DNA of 64,000 bases, taken from NCBI GenBank assembly GCA_964057225.1, contig OZ059897.1, positions 22,878,001 to 22,942,000 on the forward strand. The letters are read 5' to 3'. Of the stretch, positions 57,001-64,000 are shown piece after piece. The position numbers were made by a program, and so were the translations under genes. The first letter of the stretch is position 1, and each line of letters starts with the position of its first letter. The notes under the pieces are model-generated. The model did no database searches. It saw only the letters and a list, made by a program, of their open reading frames with translations, and was not told the origin of the DNA. This DNA is from Auanema rhodensis. Its lineage: Eukaryota; Animalia; Nematoda.

Positions 57001-60000
57001 TAAATTTCAAAGTCATGGTTACCATGCACGAATATCAATAAAAATTTGTTTTTAGACTAATATGGACATGGGGAATCTAATTTTGAAAACCGCATCTCGT
57101 TATCTTTCACGTGAAGCGAGTTACATACCAAGTGCACATCACGTGTACATTTAATTAGCATAAATTAAAGTTCACGTAAATTTCAAAGTCATGGTTACCA
57201 TGCACCAATATCAATAAAAATTTGTTTTTAGACTAATATGGACATGGGGAATCTAATTTTGAAAACCGCATCTCTTTATCTTTCACGTGAAGCGAGTTAC
57301 ATACCAAGTGCACATCACGTGTACATTTAATTAGCATAAATTAAAGTTCACGTAAATTTCAAAGTCATGGTTACCATGAACCAATATCAATAAAAATTTG
57401 TTTTTAGACTAATATGGACATGAGGAATCTAATTTTGAAAACCGCATCTCTTTATCTTTCACGTGAAGCGAGTTACATACCAAGTGCACATCACGTGTAC
57501 ATTTAATTAGCATAAATTAAAGTTCACGTAAATTTCAAAGTCATGGTTACCATGCACCAATATCAATAAAAATTTGTTTTTAGACTAATATGGACATGGG
57601 GAATCTAATTTTGAAAACCGCATCTCTTTATCTTTAACGTGAAGCGAGTTACATACCAAGTGCACATCACGTGTACATTTAATTAGCATAAATTAAAGTT
57701 CACGTAAATTTCAAAGTCATGGTTACCATGCACCAATATCAATAAAAATTTGTTTTTAGACTAATATGGACATGGGGAATCTAATTTTGAAAACCGCATC
57801 TCTTTATCTTTCACGTGAAGCGAGTTACATACCAAGTGCACATCACGTGTACATTTAATTAGCATAAATTAAAGTTCACGTAAATTTCAAAGTCATGGTT
57901 ACCATGAACCAATATCAATAAAAATTTGTTTTTAGACTAATATGGACATGGGGAATCTAATTTTGAAAACCGCATCTCTTTATCTTTCACGTGAAGCGAG
58001 TTACATACCAAGTGCCCATCACGTGTACATTTAATTAGCATAAATTAAAGTTCACGTAAATTTCAAAGTCATGGTTACCATGCACCAATATCAATAAAAA
58101 TTTGTTTTTAGACTAATATGGACATGGGGAATCTAATTTTGAAAACCGCATCTCGTTATCTTTCACGTGAAGCGAGTTACATACCAAGTGCACATCACGT
58201 GTACATTTAATTAGCATAAATTAAAGTTCACGTAAATTTCAAAGTCATGGTTACCATGCACCAATATCAATAAAAATTTGTTTTTAGACTAATATGGACA
58301 TGGGGAATCTAATTTTGAAAACCGCATCTCTTTATCTTTCACGTGAAGCGAGTTACATACCAAGTGCACATCACGTGTACATTTAATTAGCATAAATTAA
58401 AGTTCACGTAAATTTCAAAGTCATGGTTACCATGCACCAATATCAATAAAAATTTGTTTTTAGACTAATATGGACATGGGGAATCTAATTTTGAAAACCG
58501 CATCTCTTTATCTTTCACGTGAAGCGAGTTACATACCAAGTGCACATCACGTGTACATTTAATTAGCATAAATTAAAGTTCACGTAAATTTCAAAGTCAT
58601 GGTTACCATGAACCAATATCAATAAAAATTTGTTTTTAGACTAATATGGACATGAGGAATCTAATTTTGAAAACCGCATCTCTTTATCTTTCACGTGAAG
58701 CGAGTTACATACCAAGTGCACATCACGTGTACATTTAATTAGCATAAATTAAAGTTCACGTAAATTTCAAAGTCATGGTTACCATGCACCAATATCAATA
58801 AAAATTTGTTTTTAGACTAATATGGACATGGGGAATCTAATTTTGAAAACCGCATCTCTTTATCTTTCACGTGAAGCGAGTTACATACCAAGTGCACATC
58901 ACGTGTACATTTAATTAGCATAAATTAAAGTTCACGTAAATTTCAAAGTCATGGTTACCATGCACCAATATCAATAAAAATTTGTTTTTAGACTAATATG
59001 GACATGGGGAATCTAATTTTGAAAACCGCATCTCTTTATCTTTCACGTGAAGCGAGTTACATACCAAGTGCACATCACGTGTACATTTAATTAGCATAAA
59101 TTAAAGTTCACGTAAATTTCAAAGTCATGGTTACCATGAACCAATATCAATAAAAATTTGTTTTTAGACTAATATGGACATGGGGAATCTAATTTTGAAA
59201 ACCGCATCTCTTTATCTTTCACGTGAAGCGAGTTACATACCAAGTGCACATCACGTGTACATTTAATTAGCATAAATTAAAGTTCACGTAAATTTCAAAG
59301 TCATGGTTACCATGCACCAATATCAATAAAAATTTGTTTTTAAACTAATATGGACATGGGGAATCTAATTTTGAAAACCGCATCTCTTTATCTTTCACGT
59401 GAAGCGAGTTACATACCAAGTGCACATCACGTGTACATTTAATTAGCATAAATTAAAGTTCACGTAAATTTCAAAGTCATGGTTACCATGCACCAATATC
59501 AATAAAAATTTGTTTTTAGACTAATATGGACATGGGGAATCTAATTTTGAAAACCGCATCTCTTTATCTTTCACGTGAAGCGAGTTACATACCAAGTGCA
59601 CATCACGTGTACATTTAATTAGCATAAATTAAAGTTCACGTAAATTTCAAAGTCATGGTTACCATGAACCAATATCAATAAAAATTTGTTTTTAGACTAA
59701 TATGGACATGGGGAATCTAATTTTGAAAACCGCATCTCTTTATCTTTCACGTGAAGCGAGTTACATACCAAGTGCCCATCACGTGTACATTTAATTAGCA
59801 TAAATTAAAGTTCACGTAAATTTCAAAGTCATGGTTACCATGCACCAATATCAATAAAAATTTGTTTTTAGACTAATATGGACATGGGGAATCTAATTTT
59901 GAAAACCGCATCTCGTTATCTTTCACGTGAAGCGAGTTACATACCAAGTGCACATCACGTGTACATTTAATTAGCATAAATTAAAGTTCACGTAAATTTC

Positions 60001-61072
60001 AAAGTCATGGTTACCATGCACCAATATCAATAAAAATTTGTTTTTAGACTAATATGGACATGGGGAATCTAATTTTGAAAACCGCATCTCTTTATCTTTC
60101 ACGTGAAGCGAGTTACATACCAAGTGCACATCACGTGTACATTTAATTAGCATAAATTAAAGTTCACGTAAATTTCAAAGTCATGGTTACCATGCACCAA
60201 TATCAATAAAAATTTGTTTTTAGACTAATATGGACATGGGGAATCTAATTTTGAAAACCGCATCTCTTTATCTTTCACGTGAAGCGAGTTACATACCAAG
60301 TGCACATCACGTGTACATTTAATTAGCATAAATTAAAGTTCACGTAAATTTCAAAGTCATGGTTACCATGCACCAATATCAATAAAAATTTGTTTTTAGA
60401 CTAATATGGACATGGGGAATCTAATTTTGAAAACCGCATCTCTTTATCTTTCACGTGAAGCGAGTTACATACCAAGTGCACATCACGTGTACATTTAATT
60501 AGCATAAATTAAAGTTCACGTAAATTTCAAAGTCATGGTTACCATGAACCAATATCAATAAAAATTTGTTTTTAGACTAATATGGACATGGGGAATCTAA
60601 TTTTGAAAACCGCATCTCTTTATCTTTCACGTGAAGCGAGTTACATACCAAGTGCACATCACGTGTACATTTAATTAGCATAAATTAAAGTTCACGTAAA
60701 TTTCAAAGTCATGGTTACCATGCACCAATATCAATAAAAATTTGTTTTTAGACTAATATGGACATGGGGAATCTAATTTTGAAAACCGCATCTCTTTATC
60801 TTTCACGTGAAGCGAGTTACATACCAAGTGCACATCACGTGTACATTTAATTAGCATAAATTAAAGTTCACGTAAATTTCAAAGTCATGGTTACCATGAA
60901 CCAATATCAATAAAAATTTGTTTTTAGACTAATATGGACATGGGGAATCTAATTTTGAAAACCGCATCTCTTTATCTTTCACGTGAAGCGAGTTACATAC
61001 CAAGTGCACATCACGTGTACATTTAATTAGCATAAATTAAAGTTCACGTAAATTTCAAAGTCATGGTTACCA

Positions 61073-61776
61073 TGAACCAATATCAATAAAAATTTGTTTT
61101 TAGAATAATATGGACATGGGAAATCTAATTTTGAAAACCGCATCTCTTTATCTTTCACGTGAAGCGAGTTACATACCAAGTGCACATCACGTGTACATTT
61201 AATTAGCATAAATTAAAGTTCACGTAAATTTCAAAGTCATGGTTACCATGAAGCAATATCAATAAAAATTTGTTTTTAGACTAATATGGACATGGGGAAT
61301 CAAATTTTGAAAACCGCATCTCTTTATCTTTCACGTGAAGCGAGTTACATACCAAGTGCACATCACGTGTACATTTAATTAGCATAAATTAAAGTTCACG
61401 TAAATTTCAAAGTCATGGTTACCATGCACCAATATCAATAAAAATTTGTTTTTAGAATAATATGGACATGGGAAATCTAATTTTGAAAACCGCATCTCTT
61501 TATCTTTCACGTGAAGCGAGTTACATACCAAGTGCACATCACGTGTACATTTAATTAGCATAAATTAAAGTTCACGTAAATTTCAAAGTCATGGTTACCA
61601 TGAAGCAATATCAATAAAAATTTGTTTTTAGACTAATATGGACATGGGGAATCAAATTTTGAAAACCGCATCTCTTTATCTTTCACGTGAAGCGAGTTAC
61701 ATACCAAGTGCACATCACGTGTACATTTAATTAGCATAAATTAAAGTTCACGTAAATTTCAAAGTCATGGTTACCA
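61073..61776. repeat. 2-monomer duplication (2 x 352 bp)
   Basis: [C33A,G49A]-[GAAGC,T54A] occurs at 61073 and 61425. It is the source of the two identical 60-aa ORFs. Confidence 0.92.
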
Positions 61777-64000
61777 TGCACCAATATCAATAAAAATTTG
61801 TTTTTAGACTAATATGGACATGGGGAATCTAATTTTGAAAACCGCATCTCTTTATCTTTCACGTGAAGCGAGTTACATACCAAGTGCACATCACGTGTAC
61901 ATTTAATTAGCATAAATTAAAGTTCACGTAAATTTCAAAGTCATGGTTACCATGAACCAATATCAATAAAAATTTGTTTTTAGACTAATATGGACATGGG
62001 GAATCTAATTTTGAAAACCGCATCTCTTTATCTTTCACGTGAAGCGAGTTACATACCAAGTGCACATCACGTGTACATTTAATTAGCATAAATTAAAGTT
62101 CACGTAAATTTCAAAGTCATGGTTACCATGCACCAATATCAATAAAAATTTGTTTTTAGACTAATATGGACATGGGGAATCTAATTTTGAAAACCGCATC
62201 TCTTTATCTTTCACGTGAAGCGAGTTACATACCAAGTGCACATCACGTGTACATTTAATTAGCATAAATTAAAGTTCACGTAAATTTCAAAGTCATGGTT
62301 ACCATGCACCAATATCAATAAAAATTTGTTTTTAGACTAATATGGACATGGGGAATCTAATTTTGAAAACCGCATCTCTTTATCTTTCACGTGAAGCGAG
62401 TTACATACCAAGTGCACATCACGTGTACATTTAATTAGCATAAATTAAAGTTCACGTAAATTTCAAAGTCATGGTTACCATGAACCAATATCAATAAAAA
62501 TTTGTTTTTAGACTAATATGGACATGGGGAATCTAATTTTGAAAACCGCATCTCTTTATCTTTCACGTGAAGCGAGTTACATACCAAGTGCACATCACGT
62601 GTACATTTAATTAGCATAAATTAAAGTTCACGTAAATTTCAAAGTCATGGTTACCATGCACCAATATCAATAAAAATTTGTTTTTAAACTAATATGGACA
62701 TGGGGAATCTAATTTTGAAAACCGCATCTCTTTATCTTTCACGTGAAGCGAGTTACATACCAAGTGCACATCACGTGTACATTTAATTAGCATAAATTAA
62801 AGTTCACGTAAATTTCAAAGTCATGGTTACCATGCACCAATATCAATAAAAATCTGTTTTTAGACTAATATGGACATGGGGAATCTAATTTTGAAAACCG
62901 CATCTCTTTATCTTTCACGTGAAGCGAGTTACATACCAAGTGAACATCACGTGTACATTTAATTAGCATAAATTAAAGTTCACGTAAATTTCAAAGTCAT
63001 GGTTACCATGAACCAATATCAATAAAAATTTGTTTTTAGACTAATATGGACATGGGGAATCTAATTTTGAAAACCGCATCTCTTTATCTTTCACGTGAAG
63101 CGAGTTACATACCAAGTGCCCATCACGTGTACATTTAATTAGCATAAATTAAAGTTCACGTAAATTTCAAAGTCATGGTTACCATGCACCAATATCAATA
63201 AAAATTTGTTTTTAGACTAATATGGACATGGGGAATCTAATTTTGAAAACCGCATCTCGTTATCTTTCACGTGAAGCGAGTTACATACCAAGTGCACATC
63301 ACGTGTACATTTAATTAGCATAAATTAAAGTTCACGTAAATTTCAAAGTCATGGTTACCATGCACGAATATCAATAAAAATTTGTTTTTAGACTAATATG
63401 GACATGGGGAATCTAATTTTGAAAACCGCATCTCTTTATCTTTCACGTGAAGCGAGTTACATACCAAGTGCACATCACGTGTACATTTAATTAGCATAAA
63501 TTAAAGTTCACGTAAATTTCAAAGTCATGGTTACCATGCACCAATATCAATAAAAATTTGTTTTTAGACTAATATGGACATGGGGAATCTAATTTTGAAA
63601 ACCGCATCTCTTTATCTTTCACGTGAAGCGAGTTACATACCAAGTGCACATCACGTGTACATTTAATTAGCATAAATTAAAGTTCACGTAAATTTCAAAG
63701 TCATGGTTACCATGCACCAATATCAATAAAAATTTGTTTTTAGACTAATATGGACATGGTGAATCTAATTTTGAAAACCGCATCTCTTTATCTTTCACGT
63801 GAAGCGAGTTACATACCAAGTGCACATCACGTGTACATTTAATTAGCATAAATTAAAGTTCACGTAAATTTCAAAGTCATGGTTACCATGAACCAATATC
63901 AATAAAAATTTGTTTTTAGACTAATATGGACATGGGGAATCTAATTTTGAAAACCGCATCTCTTTATCTTTCACGTGAAGCGAGTTACATACCAAGTGCA

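Larger units (their letters stand above)
1..64000. repeat. Homogeneous 176-bp tandem satellite array, about 363.6 head-to-tail monomers; probably centromeric or pericentromeric, eukaryotic
   Basis: The monomer start TG[C/A]ACCAATATC (or a 1-2 bp variant of it) recurs at 1, 177, 353 and onward. It is exactly in phase at every 2640-bp checkpoint (2641, 5281 ... 60721, 63361 = 360x176+1). GC is 57/176. The array runs off both ends of the window. The centromeric role is inferred from size and homogeneity only. Confidence 0.99.

Noticed and set aside
61027-61561. Two 60-aa ORFs as genuine CDS
   Set aside because: They lie entirely within satellite monomers and arise from one stop-loss SNP copied by a dimer duplication. 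I recognise no domain, and 176 is not a multiple of 3, so no frame continues across monomers.
1-64000. CRISPR array or other repeat-spacer system
   Set aside because: The palindromic motifs recur regularly, but the sequence between them is identical from unit to unit. There are no unique spacers, leader or cas genes.
1-64000. RIP-like or APOBEC-like CpA>TpA mutation bias
   Set aside because: About 10 of 19 distinct C:G>T:A variants are in CA/TG context, but 26 of the 57 C/G sites are in that context anyway, so there is no enrichment.
1-64000. Embedded transposon, inversion or strand switch
   Set aside because: Continuous phase and uniform orientation leave no room for an insertion or an inverted block.

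Overview
The whole 64 kb window is one uninterrupted head-to-tail satellite DNA array. The monomer is 176 bp and about 32% GC. There are 363 full copies plus 112 bp, all in the same orientation. Consensus (positions 1-176): TG[C/A]ACCAATATCAATAAAAATTTGTTTTTAGACTAATATGGACATGGGGAATCTAATTTTGAAAACCGCATCTCTTTATCTTTCACGTGAAGCGAGTTACATACCAAGTGCACATCACGTGTACATTTAATTAGCATAAATTAAAGTTCACGTAAATTTCAAAGTCATGGTTACCA. Monomer n starts at 176(n-1)+1, and variants below are named by monomer position (e.g. T77C). Copies differ from the consensus by only 0-5 substitutions, and I saw no indel anywhere. I found no genes, RNA genes, transposons, CRISPR spacers or unique sequence. The two 60-aa ORFs come from a single stop-removing SNP. 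Monomer size and homogeneity fit a eukaryotic centromeric or pericentromeric satellite (inference); I cannot name the organism or family. The information lies in the SNP pattern: regional variant domains, nested higher-order duplications of 2, 3, 4, 5, 10, 14, 15 and 17 monomers, and an array-wide C/A dimorphism. The monomer also carries several dyads, three TCACGT motifs and a CENP-B-box-like 17-mer. I found no evidence for a novel protein-coding system. All variant calls were read by eye and should be confirmed computationally.
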